The notes under the pieces: model-generated
Told to the model about the DNA's origin: nothing
Seen by the model: only the letters and a program-made list of their open reading frames with translations
Database searches by the model: none
Assembly: GCA_964016885.1 (NCBI GenBank)
Contig: OZ024747.1
Location: forward strand, 23,126,001 to 23,190,000
Source: Eledone cirrhosa
Lineage: Eukaryota
Reading direction: 5' to 3'
DNA: 64,000 nucleotides
In this document: positions 14,604 through 25,804 of the stretch, one piece after another
Layout: the number at the start of each line of letters is the position of its first letter
Position numbering within the stretch: position 1 is the stretch's first letter
Translations under genes and position numbers: made by a program

Positions 14604-16480
14604 TTCATCAGCTCATCCCTATTTGTTGGCTCATCCCTGTGTGTTGGCTCATCCCTGTGTGTTGGCTCATCCCTGTGTGTTGGCTCATCCCTGTTTGTTG
14701 GCTCCTCTCTATTATCCAGCTCATCTCTGTTCATCAGCTCATCCCTGTTCGTTGGCTCATCCCTGTGTGTTGGCTCATCCCTGTGTGTTGGCTCATCCCT
14801 GTGTGTTGGCTCATCCCTGTTTGTTGGCTCCTCTCTATTATCCAGCTCATCTCTGTTCATCAGCTCATCCCTGTTCATCAGCTCATCTCTGTTCATCAGC
14901 TCATCCCTGTTCTCCAGCTCATCTCTGTTCTCCAGCTCATCCCTGTTCTCCAGCTCATCTCTGTTCTCCAGCTCACCCCTGTTCTCCAGCTCACATCTGT
15001 TCTCCAGCTCACATCTGTTCTCCAGCTCATTTCTGTTCTCCAGCTCATTTCTGTTCTCCAGCTCATTTCTGTTCTCCAGCTCATCTCTGTTCATCAGCTC
15101 ATCCCTGTTCATCAGCTCATCTCTGTTCATCAGCTCATCTCTGTTCATCAGCTCATCTCTGTTCATCAGCTCATCTCTGTTCATCAGCTCATCTCTGTTC
15201 ATCAGCTCATCTCTGTTCATCAGCTCATCCCTGTTCATCAGCTCATCTCTGTTCATCAGCTCACATCTGTTCTCCAGCTCATCTCTGTTCTCCAGCTCAT
15301 CTCTGTTCTCCAGCTCATTTCTGTTCTCCAGCTCATTTCTGTTCTCCAGCTCATCTCTGTTCATCAGCTCATCCCTGTTCATCAGCTCATCTCTGTTCAT
15401 CAGCTCATCTCTGTTCATCAGCTCATCCCTGTTCATCAGCTCATCTCTGTTCATCAGCTCATCCCTGTTCATCAGCTCATCTCTGTTCATCAGCTCATCC
15501 CTGTTCATCAGCTCATCTCTGTTCATCAGCTCATCTCTGTTCATCAGCTCATCTCTGTTCATCAGCTCATCTCTGTTCATCAGCTCATCCCTGTTCATCA
15601 GCTCATCTCTGTTCATCAGCTCACATCTGTTCTCCAGCTCACATATGTTCTCCAGCTCACATCTGTTCTCCAGCTCATCTCTGTTCTCCAGCTCACATCT
15701 GTTCTCCAGCTCATCTCTGTTCTCCAGCTCATTTCTGTTCTCCAGCTCATTTCTGTTCTCCAGCTCATTTCTGTTCTCCAGCTCATTTCTGTTCTCCAGC
15801 TCATTTCTGTTCTCCAGCTCATTTCTGTTCATCAGCTCATCTCTGTTCATCAGCTCATCTCTGTTCATCAGCTCATCCCTGTTCATCAGCTCATCTCTGT
15901 TCATCAGCTCACATCTGTTCTCCAGCTCACATATGTTCTCCAGCTCACATCTGTTCTCCAGCTCATCTCTGTTCTCCAGCTCACATCTGTTCTCCAGCTC
16001 ATCTCTGTTCTCCAGCTCATTTCTGTTCTCCAGCTCATTTCTGTTCTCCAGCTCATTTCTGTTCTCCAGCTCATTTCTGTTCATCAGCTCATCTCTGTTC
16101 ATCAGCTCATCTCTGTTCATCAGCTCATCTCTGTTCATCAGCTCATCCCTGTTCATCAGCTCATCTCTGTTCATCAGCTCATCTCTGTTCATCAGCTCAT
16201 CTCTGTTCATCAGCTCATCTCTGTTCATCAGCTCATCTCTGTTCATCAGCTCATCTCTGTTCATCAGCTCATCTCTGTTCATCAGCTCATCTCTGTTCAT
16301 CAGCTCATCTCTGTTCGTCAGCTCATCCCTGTTCGTCAGCTCATCTCTGTTCGTCAGCTCATCCCTGTTCATCAGCTCATCTCTGTTCATCAGCTCATCT
16401 CTATTCACCAGCTCATCCCTGTTCATCAGCTCATCCCTTTTCATCAACTAATCTCTGTTCTCCAGCTCATTCCTGTTCAT
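14604..16480. repeat. 18-bp minisatellite (~104 units, consensus TTCATCAGCTCATCTCTG) with higher-order blocks
   Basis: Exact 18-nt periodicity with no indels seen; open in four frames. Confidence 0.95.
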
Positions 16481-17274
16481 AAACACGTGTGTTCTTCCCA
16501 CTTAATATTATTCTACAACAGATTGGTGGATTGGCAGAATTTGTAGCACATTGGATAAACTGTCATTGGGGTATTTGATCCAGCTCTTTACATAGATTCC
16601 AAATCCCATCAAGGTTAACTTTGCCTTTCATCTTTCTAGAGTTGTTAGAATAAAGTACTAGCCAAATACTTGGGTTGATCTAATCAACTTTGCCTTTTTC
16701 CCAAGCTTTGGTGCTTGAGGGTAGCAGAGTTTTGGAACATTCTTGGTGGGCACTCGAATATCCTAGGAAATGTTTTGACCAACTTTCTTTTTGTTTTTTT
16801 TATTTATTTTTGTTCTTTCATGTTTTGTGAAGAAAAGTTAGTAAAGTCTAGACTTCAAGGAACTTATTTCAAGACATTTTTTTTTATGACCTATATTCTA
16901 AATCTGAGGGTACACCATTGAAACGTAGGGGGCAGTGTCTCCCCTCACCCCTCCAGTGATGGGACCCATCTACTTAGATAGAAATCAAGTACTGGTGGTT
17001 ATAAAAACAAACATGGGAGAAACCCACATTATGTTTAAAGAGAGTTGAATGTACTATATTTTCAATAAAAAAAGCATGTATGGTTTATGCAACTGACCAC
17101 TTCATAGAACCAGTCCTGTGAGTCATTTGTAATCATGAGTCATCGCTAGTCTTATACATATGCAGAACATAAACAATGTAACCTAATGCAACATTCACTC
17201 TGTATTTATTAACTCCCTCAAACTGTTGTATTGACTTGTGAAGCTATGAAAACTTTGTATATGTGTGCTTGATG

Positions 17275-17347
<73 letters not shown>

Positions 17348-17683
17348 CGGAGATTGTATTTTTGAATATGTGAATCATGGTTAGAGAATAAGTGGTTTTA
17401 TGAGTTACAGGGATTAAAAGGACAAACAGAAAAAAAAAATGCCCCCCCCCCCCCCCCCCACCAATGAGCAATGCATATCAATTACATTTTATGAAACTCA
17501 CACATGTGTACATACATATATATGAGTATATATATATATAGATATATATATGTTTGTTTGTGTGTGAGTGATATAAATATATATATTATCATTTTTATTT
17601 TTATTTGTTATCCTTCCCCCTTTGTTCTAGATGTCTTTCCATCCCTCCTCGACACACCCTCGGAACTCTCTTCCTACCCAATT

Positions 17684-17740
17684 TTCTCCTGAAGAAGGGC
17701 TTATGCCCGAAACGCCCCCCCCCCCCCCTACTCTCAAGAG
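17684..17740 (+). ncRNA. Disrupted hammerhead-like motif in a Penelope-like terminal remnant
   Basis: CTGAAGA-A-GGGC-TTAT-GCCC-GAAACG, then a poly(C) interruption, TCAAGAG, AATAAA and (TA)n. Confidence 0.5.
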
Positions 17741-17798
17741 CATGAACCTAATAAACCTTTATTTGTCTGCCTCTCTGTTTTTGTTCCCGTCCAACTTT

Positions 17799-17853
<55 letters not shown>

Positions 17854-18126
17854 ATGAATTTGAAGACTAAAATCCAAAGAGGGTTCGATAAGGATAAATA
17901 TATATCAAATATATAAGAACCGTAGAGCAAATATTTATTAAAATAACAGATTAAAGTTTAAGCAAAGAATCGCTGCTTTCACCCTTAACAGGATCTTCTG
18001 AAACTAACAAAGTCAATCTGTAAACGCAGAAGTGGATATTTCAAAAAACGTTGCAACTGGAGGAAGATATATATAATTTATATATATGTATATGTTTGTT
18101 TGTGTGTCAGTATATATATATATATA

Positions 18127-19327
18127 GGGTCTCAAAGTCAACCTGACAAAGACTAAGGTCCTTGTAAGTAGACGAGAAAACAGAACCCAGATCCCTTCAG
18201 GGAAATGGCCTTGCTCAGTATGTAGGAAAGGTGGAGGTAGGAACTCCATTCTCTGCCCCAAATGCAAACAATGGGTACACAAGAGATGTAGTGGGATCTG
18301 AGGAAGCTTAACTAAGAATGTAGCTTCACATGTAGCAGCTGTGCTGGGACAGCAAGCAGCAAACAGCCACAGGAAACAAGTACCACCAATCTCTGGGAGG
18401 ACTCTGTAGAAACAGTAGACAGCTTCTGCTACCTAGGTGACCGAATTAGCAGCGGAGGTGGGTGTTCAGAAAGTACAATAACTAGGGTAAGAACGGGATG
18501 GAAGAAGTTCAGGAAGCTACTGCCACTGCTAGCTGCAAAAGGCTTTTCCCTCAAAATGAAAGGCAGACTGTATGATGCGTGTATCCGAACAGCAATGTTA
18601 CATGGTAGTGAGACCTGGGCACTGAATGTAGAAGACTTGCGTAGATTAGAAAGAAACGAAGCCTGCATGCTCCAATGGATGTGTAATAGTAATATACGTG
18701 AACGGCAAAGCATAAATGAATTGAGAGAGAGACTGAGCATAAGAGGAATCAAATGCTGTGTGCAGGGGAGGCGGTTGCTTTGGTATGGACATGTGATGCA
18801 TATGAAGGATGACAGCTGCATAAAAAGGTGCAGAACACTAGAAGTCGATGGAAACCGCGGAGTGGAGAGACCCAAGAAGACCTGGGATGAGGTGAAAAAA
18901 GCCGACCTTACCCAATTACACCTCTTAAAGGCGATGACACACGACCGTGACCTCTGGTGTCACGCTGTAATACAGGAGACCTGAACCCCCACGGGTACAA
19001 GCTGAAGCTGAAGCATATAGACAATATGCCCCCACACGCTCCCACTGCAAAGTGGTCGTGGAGGTGACATGGCAAAAAAGCACCCAGCCCACACTGTAAA
19101 GTGGACGTGTAGGCGCCATGGAAAAAAAGCACCCAGCACTCACTGTAAATGAGGTTGGTGTTAGGAAGGGCATCCAGCTGTAGAAATCAAGCCAGAATCA
19201 GTTCCCGTATGAGCAAGACAAGGTCAGCCGACCGGACACTGCCCACAACAGGACAACCCGTCTAACCCACGCTAGCGTGGAAGAACGGATGTAAAATGGT
19301 GATGGTGATGATGATGATAATGATGAT
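18127..19327 (+). mobile_element. 5'-truncated RTE LINE, same family as 51283-54812
   Basis: Starts at GLKVNLTKTK; KGRLYDACIRTAMLHGSETW; in-frame stop and frameshift; 3' UTR and (GAT)n tail; (TA)n on both sides. Confidence 0.93.
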
Positions 19328-20451
19328 ATATACATATATATATATATATATTTACTAATTATGACAGTTTTGAATCCTGTCAAGAATTTCTAGAGGTGAA
19401 ATAGAATAACTCTTCTAAATAAGTGGATAGTCTTCTTAATGATTGTATGAGATGTTCAATGATTTAAGTGTTAATATTTTAATGTCGATTCTAACCTAAG
19501 GAAATGTAATTTGTAAATTCTCTTTACGCTGTCAGAATTTTAATTTACACTGACTGAAGCCAATAACAAATTACTTTTTCTCAAACCTATTTAAAATAAA
19601 TGAATATATCTTCAACTTAAGAAGTAAGTACTACCAACCACATATCTGAAGGCCTTTTGAACAAACCACTTCTGATTTAGTACAACATAATGAATATTTT
19701 AATATATGTTATAAGAAAACCTCTTCTGATGGAGTAGGCATTGTAACTTCCTTAGCTCTTGTAAATTCATATCCTGCTGCAAGTATTTCATTGTCTTCAG
19801 ACAATTCAATTCTATATGCTTCAGTTAGCCTGTCAGGCTAATTAGTTGCATGGCCTTTTGGGAAACTTACCTGTGATAAACTAACTTGGCAATGCTATCT
19901 GGTGATATATGACAGTTATATGTGAAGTTTCGGTGAGTTATTAATTATGTAGATTTTCCGAAACTGTGCAGCACAATGTATACCATACTTGTTATTCTTT
20001 TGCTCTTTTAAACTGTGGTCATGCTGGGGCACCACCTTAATAATTTATGTTAGTTATATTGATCTTGTTACTTTTTTCTGCTATTTATTCTATCATTCCC
20101 AGAAGGAAAAATGAAAAAATTAATCTGGGTAGAATTTGAACTCAGTAATGAGACATAATCAAATACTGCTGTACTGATTCTGCCATCCACCATACTATAT
20201 GTAAATAACTGATTATTATGTATATTATGTGCATTAAAATATTTAGAATACCAGACGACATTAAACTCTTTAGTGAGTTTTTTTTTGTGAAGAGAGGTAA
20301 TGGTTTATGTCTACTAAAGTTTAATATTTAAAAGCAATTTCTGTGTAATAATTATAAGTTTTTGAAATGTTGCCATGATGCTGAGATTTGAATGTATATA
20401 ATTTAACTGGGACATAAAACTGCTTTATTTTATCATATATAAATATATAAA

Positions 20452-21050
20452 ATTGAGAAGGATGGAAGTCAAGAAGCTGAATTAAATGTAAGAATTGCAG
20501 GAGCTGGTGCAGTAATGTTCCAGCTTTAGTATTCGGTCATCAGAAGAAGTAGGTTTAAAAGCCAAACTCACTATCTTCAATTTGGTATTTGTGCCAACGC
20601 TTACCTATGGTTATATCTCTTAGGTAATGACCAAATGAATACAACCGCGAATACAAGCGGCTGTAATGGGGTTCCTCCGAAGAGTCTTTGTAGTAATGTT
20701 ACTTGATAGAGTGCGTAGTTCAGAGATCAGGGAGTCACTCCAGGTAGAGCCACTACTTCTCCGAATTGAGAAATCCCAGCTCCTATACTGTGGACAATGT
20801 GGTCATAATGTCTCAGGAAAGAATCACTGGACAAATTTTATGGGAAAAAACCAACTGGCAGGAGACCCAGGGGTAGACCTCAAGCAAGATAGTTGGATAA
20901 CATCGATGAACTCTGTTGGTTCCGTTTGAAGATCCAGCTGGATCAATTAAAGACAGTTGTTTCTGACAGGACTCGCTATTTGAGGACTCTGCTCCCATGA
21001 CCTTCCAGGAATAAGTAAGCAATGAAGAAGGGAAGTTGGATGAAGCAGAA
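20452..21050 (+). mobile_element. Degraded RTE LINE fragment of a second family (Rex3/Expander-like C-terminus)
   Basis: RIAGAGAVM, PTLTYG, RIQAA.MGFLRRV...DRVRSSEIRESLQVEPLLLRIEKSQL; multiple stops and frameshifts. Confidence 0.8.
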
Positions 21051-21370
21051 GGCTTTATCTCTATTAACTAAAATTACAAAAGTTACCCAATGTTCAGTAG
21101 GAAGCAAAAGGAACTAAAGAGGACGATGTGCTGTATACAAAATTAAATTTCAATTCAGAACTGAAATGTTCTGTTTTAATATTGATTATTCTTTAATCTC
21201 TGTTTTAGAATACTTTCTTGTAATATTTTAAAATATTTCCTCTTTATCTTTATAAAGCACATTTCACCAATATTAATAGAACAATTTCTATTTTCTTTGC
21301 AGGTTTATGGAATGACATCTCCATCTTAATCTAGTGTTGTTTGTCACTCCACATCTGGAGTATTTTAGCT

Positions 21371-21587
21371 ATGATTTGGACATTACTTTTAACAAGACTT
21401 GCACTTATCACGTGCTTTATATTGTTCTTCTGTTGTCTGACAATTGCTCGATTGTCTAGGATCCAAACTTTACGAAGACGTGATGAAGCTAAGTCCAGAA
21501 TATCTCATCGTTTACTTAGATTAAAAAATCGCAGTGAGAAACCAAATATCATTTTAATTCTCACAGATGATCAAGATGTTTTACTTG
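21371..21587 (+). CDS. Sulf1: Extracellular sulfatase Sulf1/2-like, coding exon 1 (signal peptide MIWTLLLTRLALITCFILFFCCLTIA ... KPNIILILTDDQDVLL); exon acceptor at 21302
   Basis: ATG at 21371, hydrophobic N-terminus, sulfatase N-terminal metal-binding motif PNIILILTDDQD; polypyrimidine-CAG acceptor ending 21302; donor G|GTAAGT at 21588 (phase 1). Confidence 0.93.
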
Positions 21588-22329
21588 GTAAGTTGACATT
21601 TCATTTGTTTTATTGATTTTTTTTATTTTGTTGTCGTCGTCGGCGTTGTTGTTGTTGTTTAGCCACAGTACAGCTCTGATCTAGCAGATCTATGGTCAAA
21701 GGTATTCCAGCCATGACCATCTTGTCTTTTATTCCAACATAGTTTATTTAGAACTACATTATCCAATGTTGTCCTTGCCAATTTTAAGATAATAATTTTA
21801 AGATTTGAGGGAGATTTGGCTACTGCATCGAGCAAGTCAAGCTTTATCCTATTTGTTGGCTCTTTTATGCTTTTATGATGAATAAACTCATACCAGCATG
21901 GTTTCTAATGTTCTGAAAATACAAACATTTGTATTAATTGTTGGTGCAAATGTTTCATTGTAAAGTTTATTTCATAATGAATCTACATTACTCAAGGTCC
22001 TATACAATTGAACCTACAATTTCATGTTTTCAAAGTGAACCTCTTAACCACTCAGCCATGCCTGGACCTAAAATGTATTAAGATATTTATTAACAGTAGC
22101 ACAAACAGATATTTTATATACAAAACAATTATAAGCTCTAGTGTATTTTAAGCTCAGTATTGAGCACATTAATGTCACTGATGGTGGATAAAGAATTCTG
22201 AAACACTAGTGCCTGGCAATCTCACATGGTAATTAAGATGGCTGTGACATCACCACAGCTTAAAACCCAATTAGCAAGATTTATATTAGATAGCATGTGT
22301 GGTTTTTACATCTACCTCCCTCCTTCTGT

Positions 22330-22629
22330 GGCGGCGCATGGCCTAGTGGTAAGGGTGTTGGACTTACGATCATAATGTCGTGGGTTCAATTCCTGGGCTG
22401 AGTTGCGTGGTGTGTTCTTGAGCAAAACATGTCATTTCACGTTGCTCCAGTATACTCAGCTGAAAATGAATACCAGCAATAACTGGGGGTTTAACTCTGC
22501 AATGGACTGGCGTCCTGTCAAGGAGGGACTCTTGTGCTTTCAGTCACTTCACGCCATGAAACCAGGATAAACACCAGCCTAATAGGCCTTAAATTGCTTA
22601 AGATAGACTTTAGACTTAGACATTAGACT
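22330..22629 (+). mobile_element. tRNA-derived SINE family B (same head and CORE-like middle, different 3' domain, AGACT-type tail)
   Basis: A and B boxes; shared middle; 3' GCAATGGACTGGCGTCCTGTC...GAAACCAGGATAA; other copies at 11025-11265 (-) and 42588-42862 (+). Confidence 0.85.
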
Positions 22630-22735
22630 CCCTTCTTCTGATGACCAATGCTGAAGCTGGCATGTTACTGCACCAGCTCCTGCAATTTTTATACTTAATT
22701 CAGCCTCCTGTCTTCCATCCTCACTTCTCATTATA
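22630..22735 (-). mobile_element. Short inverted fragment of the same Rex3/Expander-like RTE
   Basis: Reverse complement matches 20452-20550 (GATGGAAG...ATTGCAGGAGCTGGTGCAGTAA...GGTCATCAGAAGAAG). Confidence 0.75.
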
Positions 22736-23555
22736 TAATACATGTCATATTTGCCTTCATATACATATCTATATAATACATATACACATCTATATAATAT
22801 ATATATACAGCTATATAATACATATACACAGCTATATAATACATATACACAGCTATATAATACATATACACATCTATATAATATATATATACAGCTATAT
22901 AATACATATACACAGCTATATAATACATATACACAGCTATATAATACATATACACAGCTATATAATACATATACACAGCTATATAATACATATACACAGT
23001 TATATAATACACTAGCAGATTTACCCGGCATTGCTCAGGGTTTGAAATTATGCTAAGAATATACAGCTAGGAAGTAAAAGAATATTATTTGTCCCCAACC
23101 AGTCAAAATAAGCAGTCTCTTTATAAGGATTGTCAATAAAGTTGGTTATCTCCCTTACATCAATTTTGCTACCGATAATTTTGATATCGATTTTTTTATT
23201 GCTCAACGTGGGTCGATTGGAAAAATGTTTGTGATGTAACCATCTTAGCGACCTGTGCAACGTGCACAGAAAATTTGGTCAAATTCGGTTGATAATTGTA
23301 AAAGCCTTAGGGATCCAAAGTTGTACACAGACACACACACACATCCTCGCTTTTATATATATATAAAGATATACACATCTATATAATAGATATACACATC
23401 TATATAATACATATACACATCTATATAATATATATACACAGCTATATAATACATATACACAGAGCAATATAATACATAAACACATCTATATAATACATAT
23501 ACACAGCTATATAATACATAAAACATGTCATATTTGTCTTCATATACACATCTAT
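22733..23555. repeat. 21-bp minisatellite (CTATATAATACATATACACAG) split by a Helitron
   Basis: YNTYTQL periodicity in the ORF track; the array resumes at 23370. Confidence 0.9.
23012..23369 (-). mobile_element. Non-autonomous Helitron (358 bp)
   Basis: Minus strand starts TC(TTTATATATATATAAAAG), has an internal (GT)n and a subterminal GC-rich hairpin-like CCCTGAGCAATGCCGGG, and ends CTAG; inserted between A and T with no TSD; removing it restores a host minisatellite unit. Confidence 0.88.
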
Positions 23556-23620
23556 CAAATATTTCTGTCTTTTTCTTTTTCCATAACCTTAACATAACAT
23601 TTTAATTTCATTTTCAACAG

Positions 23621-23860
23621 GTTCTTTAGATTACATGCCTAAAACCAAGAAACTCTTGACCAACAATGGTGCTTTCTTCAATAATTCTTTTGTTTCAACT
23701 CCAATGTGTTGCCCATCTCGGAGTACATTATTGACTGGCATGTACAGCCATAATCATAATGTTTTCACTAACAATGAAAACTGTTCGTCTACACAATGGC
23801 AACAAAATTATGAGACCAGAAGTTTTGCTACGTACTTGAGTGATCAAGGATATCGAACTG
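23621..23860 (+). CDS. Sulf1: Sulf coding exon 2 (GSLDYMPKT...[15 protein letters not shown]...GYRT), contains the formylglycine motif
   Basis: Acceptor ttttcaacag; CCPSR motif typical of Sulf/GNS sulfatases; donor G|GTAAGT at 23861; phase matches exon 1. Confidence 0.96.
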
Positions 23861-24212
23861 GTAAGTATCAATACACAGCTTTTATTCAGTTCAGTTAGTT
23901 TTTCTTTCTCATTTATCAGAAGTTTTTTATTTATCTATTTATCATTTTTTGTTGTTTTTATTTATTAAATAGTAGTTTATATTAGTTTTCTCTAGCACAT
24001 TTGTGGGATACTTTTGATATAATAAAATATTTTGTTTATTTTTTCTTCATAGTTTTATTGATTAAAAATTCTGTTTCTGCCACTTGTTTATAATTTTTTT
24101 AAATATTATTTAATGGTCACAGGAGTACGTAATTAAATATTCAGTGGATTAGAATGATATATTATTGACATAAACATTCACTTTTCTCATGTATTTAGAC
24201 TTGCGTTATTAT

Positions 24213-24409
24213 AATGAGTTGCAATGTCACTCGTGCCAAGCTGTATTGGCCTTTGCCTTCCCTTGGACAACATCGGTTGTGTGGAGAAGGGAGACTGGTA
24301 TGCATGGGAGACTGCTGGTCTTCCACGAAAAAACCTTGCCCAGGCTTGTGTCTCGGAGGGAAACTTTGTAGGTGAAAAACTATGGTCATTCGTGATTGAG
24401 TGGGGCCTT
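24213..24409 (+). mobile_element. 5'-truncated SINE C (3' domain only) between ~49-bp direct repeats
   Basis: Matches 24643-24840; flanked by repeats at 24164-24212 and 24415-24463. Confidence 0.8.
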
Positions 24410-24504
24410 AGATAATTGACATAAACATTCACTTTTCTGATGTATTTAGACTTGCTTTATTATTAAAAACTCACTAGTTTATATATAGTAAATCTAGTAA
24501 TTGT

Positions 24505-24840
24505 GAAAGCACATGGTTTAGTGGTTAGAGCGTTTGGACTTGCAATTAAACGGTTGTGAGTTCAATTCTCAGACCAGGTGATGTATTGTGTCCTTGAGCA
24601 AGACACTTTATTTCACGTTGCTCCAGTTTACTTAGCTGTACAAATGAGTTGCAATGTCACTGGTGCCAAGCTGATTCAGTCATTGCCTTTCCCTTGGATA
24701 ACATCAGTGGTGTGGAGAGGGGAGACTTGTATGCATGGGTGACTACTGGTCTTCCACAAACAAACCTTGCCCAGGGTTGTGTCTTGGAGGGAAACTTTCT
24801 AGGTGAAAAACCATGGTAATTCATGACCGAGTGGGGCCTT
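24505..24840 (+). mobile_element. tRNA-derived SINE family C (same head and middle as A, third type of 3' domain)
   Basis: Head and middle nearly identical to 50488-50628, then diverges (GAGTTGCAATGTCACT...GAGTGGGGCCTT). Confidence 0.85.
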
Positions 24841-25512
24841 AAGTGATTTTATAAAAGTAAAATTGATTATATCCTATTAAATTCACTTATTATGCTGGCA
24901 TGGTTTGGGCAAGACATTTTCAGGCAGTATTCTATAGCCAGATGTACTTCCTGATCCCAGCCTATACCATTATTTTTAAGAATGGTATATAGTGCTGATT
25001 TTATGCTGGACACAAACAAATGTTACCACTTTCTTAAACAGTGACAGTATGAAAATGTACATGGAGACATGCATACGCACACACACACACACACACACAA
25101 CAGGCTGTCACATAGTTTTCATCTACCACATTCACTCACAAGGTATTAGTTAGTTCGATGATATTAGTAAAAGATACTTGCCCAAGGTACCAACCACACA
25201 GTGGTATCAAACCTGAAACTACATGCCAAACAAACTTATTAACCATATAGCTATGCCTATATCTACAAAATGCAAACTATATTTGGCATCTTCCCTAGCT
25301 AGCACCTGGTTTACCATTCATTTCACAAGAAACCTCTAAAATGAAATTATTAGTCTGTAAAGCAAGTTTTTAAATTATGTAACCCTAATATTTGACTTGA
25401 AATTTTTTTTACATTTTGAAGTGAAATAAATCAATATAACTTTATTTTTTATATGTGTTTTGGAAATACTATTTTAAACGTGAATATTTTAAGTTTTTTT
25501 CTATATTTTCAG

Positions 25513-25738
25513 GTTATTTTGGGAAATATCTTAATGAATACAATGGTTCTTACATCCCTCCTGGATGGAGAGAATGGATGGGGCTTATACGCAATTCCCG
25601 ATTTTATAATTATTCTGTCAATTTTAATGGTGAAAAAATGAAGCATGGAGATAATTATTATGAAGACTATTTTACAGACCTCATTGCTAACGATAGTGTT
25701 ACATTTCTTAAGCAAAGTAAACAGCTATTTCAGAATAA
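25513..25738 (+). CDS. Sulf1: Sulf coding exon 3 ([25 protein letters not shown]...[24 protein letters not shown])
   Basis: Acceptor ttttcag; [16 protein letters not shown] is a Sulf-family signature; donor AA|GTAGGT (phase 2). Confidence 0.96.
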
Positions 25739-25804
25739 GTAGGTTTCTTTTCTTTTTTCTTTTTTCTTTTCTTCATAATCTCTTATTTCATTATTTTTTT
25801 TACA

